Shown here piece by piece: positions 17,613 to 28,394 of a stretch of 64,000 bases of DNA. The notes under the pieces were generated by a model. The model saw only the letters and a program-made list of their open reading frames with translations. It made no database searches and was not told the origin of the DNA. The position numbers and the translations under genes are program-made. Numbering within the stretch: position 1 is the first letter of the stretch; each line of letters begins with the position of its first letter. Source of the DNA: an uncultured Saprospiraceae bacterium (GTDB lineage Bacteria > Bacteroidota > Bacteroidia > Chitinophagales > Saprospiraceae); the NCBI GenBank assembly GCA_937995755.1, contig CALKJD010000043.1, forward strand, positions 2,375-66,374, read 5' to 3'.

Positions 17613-20453
17613 TTAAAGTTTCTCTTTCAAAAACTGACCTGTAAAAGATTCTTTCACTTTTACGATCCCTTCAGGTGGTCCTTGATACACTAGATTTCCG
17701 CCAGCCTTACCACCAGTAGGGCCGAGATCGATTAGATAATCTGCCATTTTGATTACATCCATATTATGCTCTACTACGAGGACCGTATGCCCATGCTCAA
17801 CTAAGGCATTGAATGCATCCATAAGCTTACGGATATCATGAAAGTGAAGTCCAGTAGTGGGCTCATCGAAAATGAAGAAGATATGTTTGCTATGATTCTC
17901 TCTAGTCAAAAATGAAGCTAGTTTTACTCTCTGTGCTTCTCCACCAGAAAGTGTGCTTGATGACTGTCCCATCTTGATATATCCAAGCCCTACGTCGTAC
18001 AGTGGCTGAATTCGTGATATGATATCTCTTTTCTCTTCGAAAAATTCTAATGCCTCTTCGATACTCAGATTAAGTACGTCATGGATACTCTTACCATTGT
18101 ATTCTACTTCTATGACATCATCTTTAAATTTCTTGCCATTACATTCGTCGCAGACTAATTTTACATCTGCGAGGAATTGCATCTCTACCGTTATTTCTCC
18201 ATCACCTTTACAAGTTTCACATCTTCCACCATCCACGTTAAAAGAGAAATGTTTTGGTGTGTATCCACGAATTTTACTCAGCTGTTGACTAGCAAATAAT
18301 TTTCTGATCGCATCGTAAGCTTTTACATAAGTCACAGGGTTAGATCTCGATGACTTACCTATAGGGCTTTGATTGATCATCTCCACTTGAGTGATATTTT
18401 TGATCGCACCTGTGATACTATCATGTTTTCCAGGGGATTTGCTTATCGCTTCGTTAAGTTCTTTTTTGAGGGCAGGATACAAGATATGCTTTACTAAAGA
18501 TGTTTTTCCAGATCCAGATACTCCACTCACAACAGTAAGTGTGTTGAGTGGAATGGTTACATCTATGTTTTTAAGATTGTGTTGTCTCGCACCTTTGATT
18601 TCTATTTTGTTAGACGATGTTCGACGATGAGTAGGTAAAGGCAATTGCTCTTTCCCACTAATGTACAGTGATGTAAGACTTTCTTTTACTCCTTTTTTAA
18701 ATTCTTTGTAAGGTCCGTCAAATACGATGACTCCACCATGTATACCAGCTCCTGGTCCAACATCGATAATGTAATCGGCATTAGTAATTACCTCTTCTTC
18801 GTGTTCTACTACGACTACGGTATTGCCAAGATCACGTAGCTTTTCTAATACCTTTACAAGTTTGTCCGTGTCTTTAGGGTGAAGTCCAATACTCGGCTCA
18901 TCTAGGATATATAGCGAGTTGGTCAAGTTGCTACCAAGTGTTCGAGTAAGGTTGATACGTTGTGTCTCTCCACCAGAAAGTGTATTAGACATTCGATCCA
19001 AAGAGAGATAGGACAAGCCTACATCAATCATCGTTTGTAACCTACTTTGTACTTCAGTAAGTATTCGATCTGCAATAGTAGCATCATGTTTATTGAGCTT
19101 CAGTTTGTCAAAAAACACATAGAGTTCGTCTATAGGTATGTTGATAAGTTCAGAGATGTTTTTACCACCCACAATGACATATCGTGCTTCTTTACGTAAT
19201 CTGCCACCTTTACACTCATTACAATTTGTTCGTCCACGATACCTAGCTAAAAGTACTCTGTTCTGTATTTTATAAGTTTTGGCTTGTAGCTCCGCAAAAA
19301 ATGTTTCTACACCATCAAAGTATTCATTTCCTTCCCATACCAATTGCCGTTCTGCCTCACTAAGGTCTCTCCAAGGCTTATGAACTGGAAAATCAAATTT
19401 ATGGGCTGATGTTATGAGTTGATTGAGCCATGCTTTGCCTTTCTCACCACGCCAACAGGCTATGGCTTCGTCATATAACGAGCGACTATCATCGGGTACT
19501 ACTTTGTCAGGATCTATACCGAGTATACGACCATATCCTTCACATTTAGGACATGCACCATAAGGATTATTATAATTAAACAGCTGATGCGTGGGTTCTT
19601 GAAAGAGAATACCATCTAATTCGAACCTACTATTATATGATACACTTTTGCCTCCCATGATTTGGACCACGCAGTCCCCTTCACTCTCTGAAAATGCCGT
19701 CAACACAGAATCTGCAATTCTTTTTTTATTCTCTTCTTCGTCAGATACCGCAAATCTATCTATCAGTATGTGAATGGGTTCTTTCAGTTTAGTAACAGAT
19801 TTACTGAGGTTCTTATCCTTACTTTCTAACTTATCTTCTATATCTATCAGTTCGTCGTTGATGTATAATCTGTTAAATCCTTTCTGCATCAGTAAATACA
19901 GCTCTTGGTGGAGTGTACGCTCATACTTCTTTTGGATAGGTATCATCAGCACGATTTTGGTCCCTTTCTTTTGCTTTTGGATATACTCTACTACATCAGA
20001 TACTTCATGTTTGCGTACCAGATCGCCAGATATAGGGGAGTATGTCTTTCCGATACGAGCATATAACAGTCTCATGAAGTCATAAATCTCCGTAAGCGAA
20101 CCTACGGTAGATCTAGCATTGCTAGTCGTCACCTTCTGTTCTATGGCAATCGCAGGGCAAATTCCTTTGATGAAGTCAACTTCAGGCTTTTTCATTCTAT
20201 TAAGAAACTGACGAGCATAGGAAGATAAGCTTTCTACATACCTACGCTGACCTTCAGCATAGAGCGTATCCATGATAAGTGACGACTTTCCAGATCCTGA
20301 AAGTCCTGTTACTACTATAAGCTTCTTCTTAGGTAGGAGGACTTCTACATTTTTTAAATTATTCGATCTAGCACCTTTGATATGTATATATTCTCTAAGT
20401 GACTGATATTCAGACTTAGATTTCTTTGGAGCAGATTTAGATTTGGTCGCCAT
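17613..20453 (-). CDS. uvrA: Excinuclease ABC subunit A
   Basis: 946 aa with two ABC ATPase modules (GLSGSGKSS, GVSGSGKTS, LSGGE signatures) and zinc-finger Cys clusters (CPKCEGYG, CETCKGDG). Confidence 0.97.
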   Translation of the reverse strand: MATKSKSAPKKSKSEYQSLREYIHIKGARSNNLKNVEVLLPKKKLIVVTGLSGSGKSSLIMDTLYAEGQRRYVESLSSYARQFLNRMKKPEVDFIKGICPAIAIEQKVTTSNARSTVGSLTEIYDFMRLLYARIGKTYSPISGDLVRKHEVSDVVEYIQKQKKGTKIVLMIPIQKKYERTLHQELYLLMQKGFNRLYINDELIDIEDKLESKDKNLSKSVTKLKEPIHILIDRFAVSDEEENKKRIADSVLTAFSESEGDCVVQIMGGKSVSYNSRFELDGILFQEPTHQLFNYNNPYGACPKCEGYGRILGIDPDKVVPDDSRSLYDEAIACWRGEKGKAWLNQLITSAHKFDFPVHKPWRDLSEAERQLVWEGNEYFDGVETFFAELQAKTYKIQNRVLLARYRGRTNCNECKGGRLRKEARYVIVGGKNISELINIPIDELYVFFDKLKLNKHDATIADRILTEVQSRLQTMIDVGLSYLSLDRMSNTLSGGETQRINLTRTLGSNLTNSLYILDEPSIGLHPKDTDKLVKVLEKLRDLGNTVVVVEHEEEVITNADYIIDVGPGAGIHGGVIVFDGPYKEFKKGVKESLTSLYISGKEQLPLPTHRRTSSNKIEIKGARQHNLKNIDVTIPLNTLTVVSGVSGSGKTSLVKHILYPALKKELNEAISKSPGKHDSITGAIKNITQVEMINQSPIGKSSRSNPVTYVKAYDAIRKLFASQQLSKIRGYTPKHFSFNVDGGRCETCKGDGEITVEMQFLADVKLVCDECNGKKFKDDVIEVEYNGKSIHDVLNLSIEEALEFFEEKRDIISRIQPLYDVGLGYIKMGQSSSTLSGGEAQRVKLASFLTRENHSKHIFFIFDEPTTGLHFHDIRKLMDAFNALVEHGHTVLVVEHNMDVIKMADYLIDLGPTGGKAGGNLVYQGPPEGIVKVKESFTGQFLKEKL

Positions 20454-20826
20454 ATATTATGCAATGTATCGTTGAAGTAGAATCAATCACGCAAGATCAA
20501 ACTTATTTTTCTAAATAGTGAAGATGTCTTGATAAATACTAATTTGTCGTGATCTTAAAGTGTTAATTATTAGTCAGTATCAAGCCTGTAGTACTTATTA
20601 ACAGAGATAGAATTAAAGAGTTTTGTTAGACTTTGACTAGATTAATAATATCGCAAATCTCTAGATGTGTACATAACGAAGTGAAATAATAGAATCTGAT
20701 TTGATAATCTTACTTTATTACTTCTCAATACAGTCCTTGTCTAAAAACCATTATCTTAGCATCCGATAATTAGCATCTTGTACAATTGGATAATAGAGAT
20801 AACAGTGTCTCAAACAAAAAGGATAT

Positions 20827-21891
20827 ATGACAAAGCCTAAAATAGGAATAACAATAGGAGATATCAATGGTGTAGGACCAGAAGTGATTATCAAAGCACT
20901 AAGTAATAAAAGGATCCTAAATCAATGTACCCCTATCATATACGGATCATCCAAAGTGATGGCTTATTATAAAAAAGCTTTAGACGCCCAAGATTTTAAC
21001 TTCTCTGCGGGTACTACAGCAGAAAATGCGGCTGATAATAAGATAACAGTGATCAACTGTTGGGATGAAGAATCAGAAATTACACAAGGTCAAGCGACTA
21101 AAGACGGAGGCAAATATGCATATATCGCTATGGACAAGGCGACTCAAGATTGTTTAGCTGGACATATAGATGCTATAGTTACAGCTCCTATTAATAAGCA
21201 GGCTATGCAAATGGCAAACTTCCCTCATGTAGGACATACAGAATACCTTACTGAAGCGACGAAATCGGAAGGTAGTCTTATGATGATGGTAAGTGATGCG
21301 CTTAAAGTTGCACTAGTGACTAACCACTTGCCGGTAAGTGAGGTGAGTGAGAACATCAGTAAGAAGGCTATCCTCAAAAAACTGAAGACGCTTAATAAGA
21401 CTTTGGTAGAAGATTTTGGTGTGGAAAAACCAATTATAGCGATATTAGGTCTCAATCCTCATGCCGGTGACGAAGGAGTTATCGGAAAAGAAGATGAAGA
21501 TATTATTAAACCAGCAATAGCAGAAGCCAAGAGACAGGGTATCGTAGTTGCTGGACCTTATCCTGCAGATGGATTTTTTGGTTCTTCAAAATTTAGCAAA
21601 GTCGATGCGATTTTATCTATGTATCACGATCAAGGACTAGTTGCTTTCAAGGCGTTGAGTTTTGGAACAGGAGTAAACTATACAGGAGGATTACCGATAA
21701 TAAGAACGTCTCCAGATCATGGAACTGCATACGATATTGTAGGAAAAAATCTGGCTAATCCAGGTTCGATTAGATCCGCGATATACTTAGCAATAGATTC
21801 TGTACGACTACGAAGACAATATGCAGAAGACAGAGCGAACCCAGTAAAAAAGGTAGAGCTGAAAGAGAAGAGAGGAAGAAGAAGAGATTAG
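20827..21891 (+). CDS. pdxA: 4-hydroxythreonine-4-phosphate dehydrogenase
   Basis: 354 aa with GDINGVGPEVI, TAPINK, GHTEYL, NPHAGD and SPDHGTA motifs in PdxA order. Confidence 0.9.
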   Translation: MTKPKIGITIGDINGVGPEVIIKALSNKRILNQCTPIIYGSSKVMAYYKKALDAQDFNFSAGTTAENAADNKITVINCWDEESEITQGQATKDGGKYAYIAMDKATQDCLAGHIDAIVTAPINKQAMQMANFPHVGHTEYLTEATKSEGSLMMMVSDALKVALVTNHLPVSEVSENISKKAILKKLKTLNKTLVEDFGVEKPIIAILGLNPHAGDEGVIGKEDEDIIKPAIAEAKRQGIVVAGPYPADGFFGSSKFSKVDAILSMYHDQGLVAFKALSFGTGVNYTGGLPIIRTSPDHGTAYDIVGKNLANPGSIRSAIYLAIDSVRLRRQYAEDRANPVKKVELKEKRGRRRD

Positions 21892-22093
21892 ACTGATTCT
21901 TAGAAATAGTAAACATCAAAAGAAAGAAAAGCCAAAATTCTAAACAAGTACTACGGTTACTATTTTGGATTAACTTACTATTAAGACCAGCCAGCGCTAT
22001 TAATGTGATGTCTGGTCTTTCTGGTTTATTTAAGAACGCCGATGTGTAATTATGCATTGAGCAATTAATAGAAATGCGTATAAAATACTACCT

Positions 22094-25000
22094 ATGTCGA
22101 ACGACCCTAAAACGAAATACGATCAGGCTTTTGAGAAAGCATTAGGAATGCTTAATCAGCAACAACTCGATGCTGTGCAGCAAACCGAAGATCCTATAAT
22201 GGTGATGGCTGGTCCAGGTACTGGAAAGACCCAATTGCTAGGTGTGAGAGTTGGGTATATACTTCAAAATACAGATGCGAAGGCTCACAATATTTTATGT
22301 CTCACTTTTACTAACGCAGGAGCGGTAGCAATGCGAAGCAGATTATTGACTTTTATTGGGCCTGAAGCATATAATGCACATATCTATACATATCACGCTT
22401 TTTGCCATAGTGTCATACAAGATAATATAGAATACTTTGGTGGGTATAGAGAGTTGCAGCTGGTATCTGATATCGAACAAATAGAAATATTAAATCAAAT
22501 AATTGACGAGCTTCCTAAAGAGAGTTTACTAAAAAGATTTAAAGGAGATCTCTATTACGACCGAAGCAATTTATTGAAGTTGTTCTCTACGATGAAGCAA
22601 GAAAACTGGAAGTCAGAAATGGTGGATAAAACCATAGCGGACTACGAAGAAGAGATGCGTGAGGATGAGTCTATGATTTATAAAAACAACAGAAAAGGCA
22701 AGTGGGAAAAAGGAGACTTTAAGCAAGCTGCTTTTGATAAATTCATGGAGAAGTATCGTAAAACAAAAGAGGCCGTAGCTTTGCTCGGAAAGTATGATCA
22801 GCTCCTGTATGAAAGACAGAGATATGATCAGCAGGATACGATTTTATTTGTGATAGATGCTTTTGAAAAGAATGAAAATTTAAAACTAGACTATCAAGAA
22901 AGGTATCAGTACATATTAGTAGATGAATATCAGGATACTAATGGATCACAAAATGATTTAGTCTTTCTGTTATCTGATTATTGGGAGAAGCCGAATTTAT
23001 TTGTTGTAGGAGATGATGATCAAGCGATATATAGATTTCAAGGTGCTAATATGAGTAGTTTGACGGATTTTATATCCAAGTTTGATCCAGATAGATATGT
23101 ACTCAAAAACAACTATAGATCGTATCAAGGAATACTAGATAGTGCTTATAAATTGATAAGACACAATACGGACCGTATAGGTAATTTACAAGAAGTGCAA
23201 AACGAAGAAGATGATCAGTACAAACTTGTAGAAAGCAGAATAGAGAATAAGGGATTTGGTGCTGATCCTATAGTACACAAATATCAAAACAATACACTCG
23301 AACAAGCTGGTCTAGTAAGTAAAATTTCAGAATTGCATGAGCAGGGTGTGGCGTATAAAGATATGGCCGTGATCTATCGTGGACATAAGTCTGCTACAGA
23401 TCTAGTTAAATACTTTACATTAAAAGATATACCCTTACAGATCAAGCGTAAGGTGAATGTATTAGATCTTCCAGAGGTCAAAAAAATACATAACATCATG
23501 CTTTATCTTGCTGGAGAATATAGTAAGCAAGATTCTAGAGAAGATCTATTATTTGAGATATTACATTACAATTATTTTAAGATAACGCCAAGAGATATTG
23601 GCTATATAGCTGCGCACTGCTCTAACTATACGGACGTTACAGAAGATGATAGGAAGTGGAGGAAAGTTATTGGTGATGAAGAGCAATTGCAAAAGTTAGT
23701 ACAGAATCCAGAAAGCATTTTGGCTTTCTCTGTGATGTTGGAAGACTGGATTGGTAGTATTCCTAATATGACACTTCAGCGATTATTTGAGAAGATCATT
23801 ACGCAGTCAGGGTTGCTCAATGATATTTTGATGGATGAGGATAAGACTTTTCGTTTGCAAGTGTTGAACAAATACTTTGATCTTATCAAAAATGAATCAG
23901 CAAAGAATCCAGACTTTACACTAGATACGCTGATAAGCAATGTTGCAATCATGCGTGATAGTAGTATCAGTTTACCATTAGAGAAGGTAATCCAAAATGA
24001 AGATGGCATTAATTTCATGACAGCTCATGGGAGTAAGGGATTAGAGTTTGAGTATGTATTTATCATTGATGTTACTAAGAAAAATTGGGAGCAGAAAAAC
24101 TCTGGTCGCGGATTTAGATTTCCTCCAGACCTAGTACCTATTAGTGAAACATCTGATGTGCAAGATGATCGTAGATTATTTTATGTTGCATTGACACGTG
24201 CTAAGAACTTTGTATATATTTCTTATTCACTTTTTGATGACGAAGGCAAGGATCTAGAGACAGCAAGATTCATATCTGAATTGGGAGAGCATATAGCTCC
24301 AGTGGAAGGTGTAGTGAGTGATGAGCAAACATTAGATTATGTAGCTGGACTAATGACTTACACCGAAGGAACACCGGTACTTATAGATCGCGAACTTGTA
24401 GCAAGATTGCTTAAGACTTTTTCTATGAGTGCTACGGCTTTAAATAAATTCATACGATGTAGGTTGTCATTTTATTTTGAAAATTTACTTCGTGTACCTA
24501 TGGCTAGGTCAGCTACAATGGGGTATGGTAGTGCTATTCATTATGCTTTAGAAATGTACTTCAAAGCTATGGAAGCTGATCCAGAAAGAAAAGTTCCAAA
24601 TCCTGATACATTAACTACGCACTTTCTAAAGGGAATGAAAATTTATCGATCTCACTTTACTCAGATGGAGTTTGATAATTTTAATATACTTGGTGAAAAA
24701 ATACTAAAAGAGTATTATGATGAATACAATCATCAATGGAAGACAGCGAAGCAAACCATTTCGGAGAAGAATATTAAACATACATCTGTCGGAGAGATAC
24801 CAATCAAAGGAAAAATAGACAAGGTTGAAATATATGATGACCATGTAAAAGTGATCGATTATAAAACAGGAACATACAAGAAAGATAAGCTTGCTGGTGT
24901 TAGTGATGAAGATCCTGGAGGTGATTACTGGAGGCAGTTGGTCTTCTATAAATTGTTGGTAGATAATGACCCTACTTTGGATTGGAAGATGAAATCTGGA

Positions 25001-25243
25001 ACGATGGATTTTGTGGAAAAAGCTAAGACAAAAGCAAAGTATGATAAGATAGAATTACCAATCTCGCCTCAAGATGAGGAAGCGGTAACAAAGCAATTAC
25101 AAGATTCATGGACAGCTATACATAATTATGAATTTGAACAGTTCTGCGAAGATGAAAATTGTAGATGGTGTAATTTTGTAAGAGACACTAGTATTATTCA
25201 ACCAGTAGAGTTAGATGAAAGCTATAATGAAGATGGAATTTAA
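22094..25243 (+). CDS. UvrD/PcrA-type SF1 helicase fused to a C-terminal PD-(D/E)XK nuclease with a Cas4/AddB-like Cys cluster
   Basis: 1049 aa. Helicase motifs are present: AGPGTGKT, LVDEYQDT, TAHGSKGLEF, VALTRA. The C-terminal nuclease has GKIDKVE...VIDYKTG and QLVFYKLL. One upstream Cys (FIRCRLSF) plus CEDENCRWC completes a four-Cys pattern. Confidence 0.8.
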   Translation: MSNDPKTKYDQAFEKALGMLNQQQLDAVQQTEDPIMVMAGPGTGKTQLLGVRVGYILQNTDAKAHNILCLTFTNAGAVAMRSRLLTFIGPEAYNAHIYTYHAFCHSVIQDNIEYFGGYRELQLVSDIEQIEILNQIIDELPKESLLKRFKGDLYYDRSNLLKLFSTMKQENWKSEMVDKTIADYEEEMREDESMIYKNNRKGKWEKGDFKQAAFDKFMEKYRKTKEAVALLGKYDQLLYERQRYDQQDTILFVIDAFEKNENLKLDYQERYQYILVDEYQDTNGSQNDLVFLLSDYWEKPNLFVVGDDDQAIYRFQGANMSSLTDFISKFDPDRYVLKNNYRSYQGILDSAYKLIRHNTDRIGNLQEVQNEEDDQYKLVESRIENKGFGADPIVHKYQNNTLEQAGLVSKISELHEQGVAYKDMAVIYRGHKSATDLVKYFTLKDIPLQIKRKVNVLDLPEVKKIHNIMLYLAGEYSKQDSREDLLFEILHYNYFKITPRDIGYIAAHCSNYTDVTEDDRKWRKVIGDEEQLQKLVQNPESILAFSVMLEDWIGSIPNMTLQRLFEKIITQSGLLNDILMDEDKTFRLQVLNKYFDLIKNESAKNPDFTLDTLISNVAIMRDSSISLPLEKVIQNEDGINFMTAHGSKGLEFEYVFIIDVTKKNWEQKNSGRGFRFPPDLVPISETSDVQDDRRLFYVALTRAKNFVYISYSLFDDEGKDLETARFISELGEHIAPVEGVVSDEQTLDYVAGLMTYTEGTPVLIDRELVARLLKTFSMSATALNKFIRCRLSFYFENLLRVPMARSATMGYGSAIHYALEMYFKAMEADPERKVPNPDTLTTHFLKGMKIYRSHFTQMEFDNFNILGEKILKEYYDEYNHQWKTAKQTISEKNIKHTSVGEIPIKGKIDKVEIYDDHVKVIDYKTGTYKKDKLAGVSDEDPGGDYWRQLVFYKLLVDNDPTLDWKMKSGTMDFVEKAKTKAKYDKIELPISPQDEEAVTKQLQDSWTAIHNYEFEQFCEDENCRWCNFVRDTSIIQPVELDESYNEDGI

Positions 25244-25264
25244 TCGAAGTATAATATGGCCTTT

Positions 25265-26176
25265 TTAGTTCTTGCTAGATGCTATCCAATGCAGTAGTGA
25301 AAATGTATTTTTCAAGCCAATGATTCGGGTTAATACTTTGTGATACCAAGGGCGATCTATGGCATTATATTTTTGATCTATTAAGTTCAAATAGGGTTTA
25401 GTCTCTGATGGATTTATTTTGTAGGCCCACAGAATTTTATTGTAGTATTGATTTTGTATTGCGATTTTTCGTTGTTGTGTAAGGGTGTTGGTTTTTATGA
25501 AATAATCTTCAATTTTTTTCAATAGCTTAACACCAGTAATTGGAAAATTTGCACTATGAGATATAGAGTTTTCTTGTTCATGTATAATGCTTTCTGATTT
25601 GTCGAAGTACACAAACCTTTTGTTTTGAATAGAAAGTCGAAAGAGAAGTTCTTGTTCTTGATGAGAAGATTGATTTGTATTCCATCCATTCACTGATTCT
25701 ATTGCGGACTTTCTCCATAATATAGAAGTTGTAATTCCGTATTTTCCTCGTATTATTGAGAGTGGAATATCATTACAGGAATCTATTTCGTAATCAATTA
25801 CTTTACCAGTTACTGTGTATTCTCTGAAAGGACTTAATATAATATCAACCTTTTCCAAATTGTCGATTGAGAGTTGATGATATATTTTATTGGGTAGTAA
25901 TTCGTCGTCTGCATCTAGATATTGAATCCATTCGTTATCTGCGAGATCCAGACCTAAGTTACGAGCATGGTTGGCGCCTTGAGTAGATTCTATATGTAGT
26001 GTAATATTCTCATATTTGTCGGCATAAGATTGAGCTATATCTCTAGATTGATCTGTTGAGTTATTATCTATCAATAGGATTTGTAATGTGACTCCGTGCT
26101 GCGAGAGAGTAGAATCTATGGCTCGTGATAGGGTAGCTTCAGCATTATAAAATGGTATGACTACTGACGCTCTCAT
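25265..26176 (-). CDS. Glycosyltransferase family 2
   Basis: 303 aa with a GT-A N-terminus (SVVIPFYNAE, LIDNNSTD, YLDADDE). Confidence 0.75.
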   Translation of the reverse strand: MRASVVIPFYNAEATLSRAIDSTLSQHGVTLQILLIDNNSTDQSRDIAQSYADKYENITLHIESTQGANHARNLGLDLADNEWIQYLDADDELLPNKIYHQLSIDNLEKVDIILSPFREYTVTGKVIDYEIDSCNDIPLSIIRGKYGITTSILWRKSAIESVNGWNTNQSSHQEQELLFRLSIQNKRFVYFDKSESIIHEQENSISHSANFPITGVKLLKKIEDYFIKTNTLTQQRKIAIQNQYYNKILWAYKINPSETKPYLNLIDQKYNAIDRPWYHKVLTRIIGLKNTFSLLHWIASSKN

Positions 26177-26394
26177 GGTTTAATATTATAATTGAAGTTG
26201 AGTTGTAATGTAATTGAGCTATTAAGTGCAGTGCATTAATCGGTAGCTTAAATTTAATCTCCATTAGGTTACTATAGTGAAATATACTTTGAGCAAATAT
26301 CGCAAATTATTGCTTGATATATTCCTTATTAGTGGATCTCGATAATTGACAGTGGTAATACAATACTAAAAATGTAAACATATATCTTTGTGTT

Positions 26395-26703
26395 ATGTCC
26401 ATATTGAAGACTATATATATCTTTCCTATTCGTGTGTACCAGCAGATCATATCTCCGATCTTAGGTCCTACTTGTAGGTATCAACCTACCTGCTCGCATT
26501 ATATGGTAGGTGCTATTCAGCAGTGGGGTATATTAAAGGGTACATGGCTGGGAGTAAAACGTATATCTAGATGTCATCCATGGGGATCTACAGGATATGA
26601 TCCAGTACCTAAAAATCCAAAGAAAAAAGTAAAAGCTAACGATAATATCGATGCTAAACTCATAATAGAAAAACAAAATGTTAAGAAGACCAAGAAGAAA
26701 TAG
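26395..26703 (+). CDS. yidD: Membrane protein insertion efficiency factor YidD, with a Lys-rich C-terminal tail
   Basis: The core [54 protein letters not shown] is the YidD signature. A roughly 30-aa K-rich extension follows and overlaps the hemB start. Confidence 0.85.
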   Translation: MSILKTIYIFPIRVYQQIISPILGPTCRYQPTCSHYMVGAIQQWGILKGTWLGVKRISRCHPWGSTGYDPVPKNPKKKVKANDNIDAKLIIEKQNVKKTKKK

Positions 26704-27646
26704 AAAGTCTCCAGCTGTAAGATCTGCTATTGCAGAAACACATATAGGTGCACAACATATGATAATGCCTTTATTCTTAGTTACGGGTACTGGAGTGAAG
26801 GAGCAGATAGCGTCACTTCCGATGGCTTATAGATGGAGTTTGGATACTCTGATGGATGAGATAGGGGATTGTTTGTCATTGGGAATCGATAAGTTTATGA
26901 TTTTTCCTGCTATACCTGAGGAACTCAAGGATACTACGGCTACATATAGCCACGATCCTGACAACTTTTATTTGGAAGCAGCAACGAAAATTAAAGAAAA
27001 GTACCCTTCAGCTTGCCTTATTAGTGATGTAGCGATGGATCCATATAGCTCTGATGGTCATGATGGTCTAGTGCGAGATGGTAAGATACTCAACGATGAG
27101 ACGCTACCTATATTAGCTAAGATGGCGGTAGCTCAAGCTAAAGCTGGATTTGATATCATCGGACCTTCCGATATGATGGACGGTAGAGTAGAAGCAATCA
27201 GACAAGCATTGGATACCGCAGGATATACTGATGTTTCCATAATGTCTTATTCTGCTAAGTATGCGAGTGCTTTGTATGGACCATTCAGAGATGCTTTAGA
27301 TTCAGCGCCTAAGGCTGGCGATAAGAAAACATATCAGATGGATCCAGCCAATATCAATGAAGCTTTAATCGAAGCGCAATTGGATATCGAGGAAGGCGCA
27401 GATTTTATTATGATTAAGCCAGCACTTCATTATCTGGATGTAATACGAGAACTAAAGACTAGCTTTGGTGTACCTACAGTAGCCTATCATGTGAGTGGCG
27501 AATGTGCAATGCTATATGCGGCTTGTGCTAACGGCTGGTTAGATAGAGAAAAAATGGTCCCAGAGACCTTGTTGAGTATACGTAGAGCTGGAGCAGACTT
27601 AGTTATTACGTACTTTGCCAAAGAATTTGCTCAGTCATTGAAATAA
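26678..27646 (+). CDS. hemB: Porphobilinogen synthase (delta-aminolevulinate dehydratase), Asp-rich (non-zinc) active-site type
   Basis: 322 aa with an RRPRRNR N-terminus. The active-site Lys regions are present (MIKPA, YHVSGE). The metal site reads [14 protein letters not shown], which is the Asp-rich variant rather than the Cys-rich D.C.C.Y...GHCG. Confidence 0.95.
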   Translation: MLRRPRRNRKSPAVRSAIAETHIGAQHMIMPLFLVTGTGVKEQIASLPMAYRWSLDTLMDEIGDCLSLGIDKFMIFPAIPEELKDTTATYSHDPDNFYLEAATKIKEKYPSACLISDVAMDPYSSDGHDGLVRDGKILNDETLPILAKMAVAQAKAGFDIIGPSDMMDGRVEAIRQALDTAGYTDVSIMSYSAKYASALYGPFRDALDSAPKAGDKKTYQMDPANINEALIEAQLDIEEGADFIMIKPALHYLDVIRELKTSFGVPTVAYHVSGECAMLYAACANGWLDREKMVPETLLSIRRAGADLVITYFAKEFAQSLK

Positions 27647-27662
27647 TACAGACCTAATATCT

Positions 27663-28394
27663 TTGAAAACATTCGAATCTACAGGTATCATCTTCCGGCG
27701 TATAAAGTACTCAGAGACGAGTCTTATCGTAGATATATTTACTAGAGAGAAAGGCATTCGATCATTTATATTTAGTGGTGTGCGTAAAGCTAAGGCTAAA
27801 GTCTCAGCAGCTATGATCGACCATATGAATATTGTCAACATCTTGGCCTATGATAAGGATAATGATAAGCTTGCACGTGTCAAGGAGATCCATCTAGAAC
27901 ATAGATATAGGCATATAACCACAGACGTAGTAAAGTCTTCGCTAGGCATTTTTTTACTTGAGATGACAAGGGATTGTATCAAAGAGAAAGAACCGAATGA
28001 AGAATTGTTTGATTTTATTACCAATTGGTATAAGTATCTAGATAGTTGTGAACATCAATTGTCTTGTTTTCACCTTATGTATTTATTGGGTTTGAGTAGA
28101 TTTTTGGGTTTCGAACCTATGAATGATTTTCAAGAAGAATTGAGAACACAGTTTGATTTGCTAGATGGCAACTTTGTACATATCAGTAATACTTCTAAGT
28201 ATCTTGTGCCTGTAGAGCGATCGATATTTATCAGACAGCTACTTGCTGCTGATATGACCCAACTTGAGCATATAAGAATACCTAGAGGTATAAGAGACGA
28301 ATTACTCAAAGATATTATCAAGTTCTATAGGTTACATGTAGATAACTTCAGAGAGCCAAAGTCATTAGCTGTAATACAGGCCGTATTGCGTTAA
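27663..28394 (+). CDS. recO: DNA repair protein RecO
   Basis: 243 aa with a TTG start. The N-terminal OB-fold pattern (GIIFRRIKYSETSLIVDIFTREKG.RSFIF.GVRK) is typical of Bacteroidota RecO. Confidence 0.8.
   Translation: MKTFESTGIIFRRIKYSETSLIVDIFTREKGIRSFIFSGVRKAKAKVSAAMIDHMNIVNILAYDKDNDKLARVKEIHLEHRYRHITTDVVKSSLGIFLLEMTRDCIKEKEPNEELFDFITNWYKYLDSCEHQLSCFHLMYLLGLSRFLGFEPMNDFQEELRTQFDLLDGNFVHISNTSKYLVPVERSIFIRQLLAADMTQLEHIRIPRGIRDELLKDIIKFYRLHVDNFREPKSLAVIQAVLR

Noticed and set aside
21983-22019. Possible terminator after pdxA (aagaccag ... ctggtctt).
   Set aside because: The stem is only 8 bp, the loop is about 21 nt and the T-tract is weak. That is too poor to call compared with the clean terminators elsewhere.
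21770-22057. 95-aa minus-strand ORF bridging the pdxA 3' end and the intergenic region. A similar 79-aa ORF at 32782..33021 bridges ligA and the AstE-family gene.
   Set aside because: They overlap well-supported genes on the opposite strand and have no motifs or signals. They are likely spurious.
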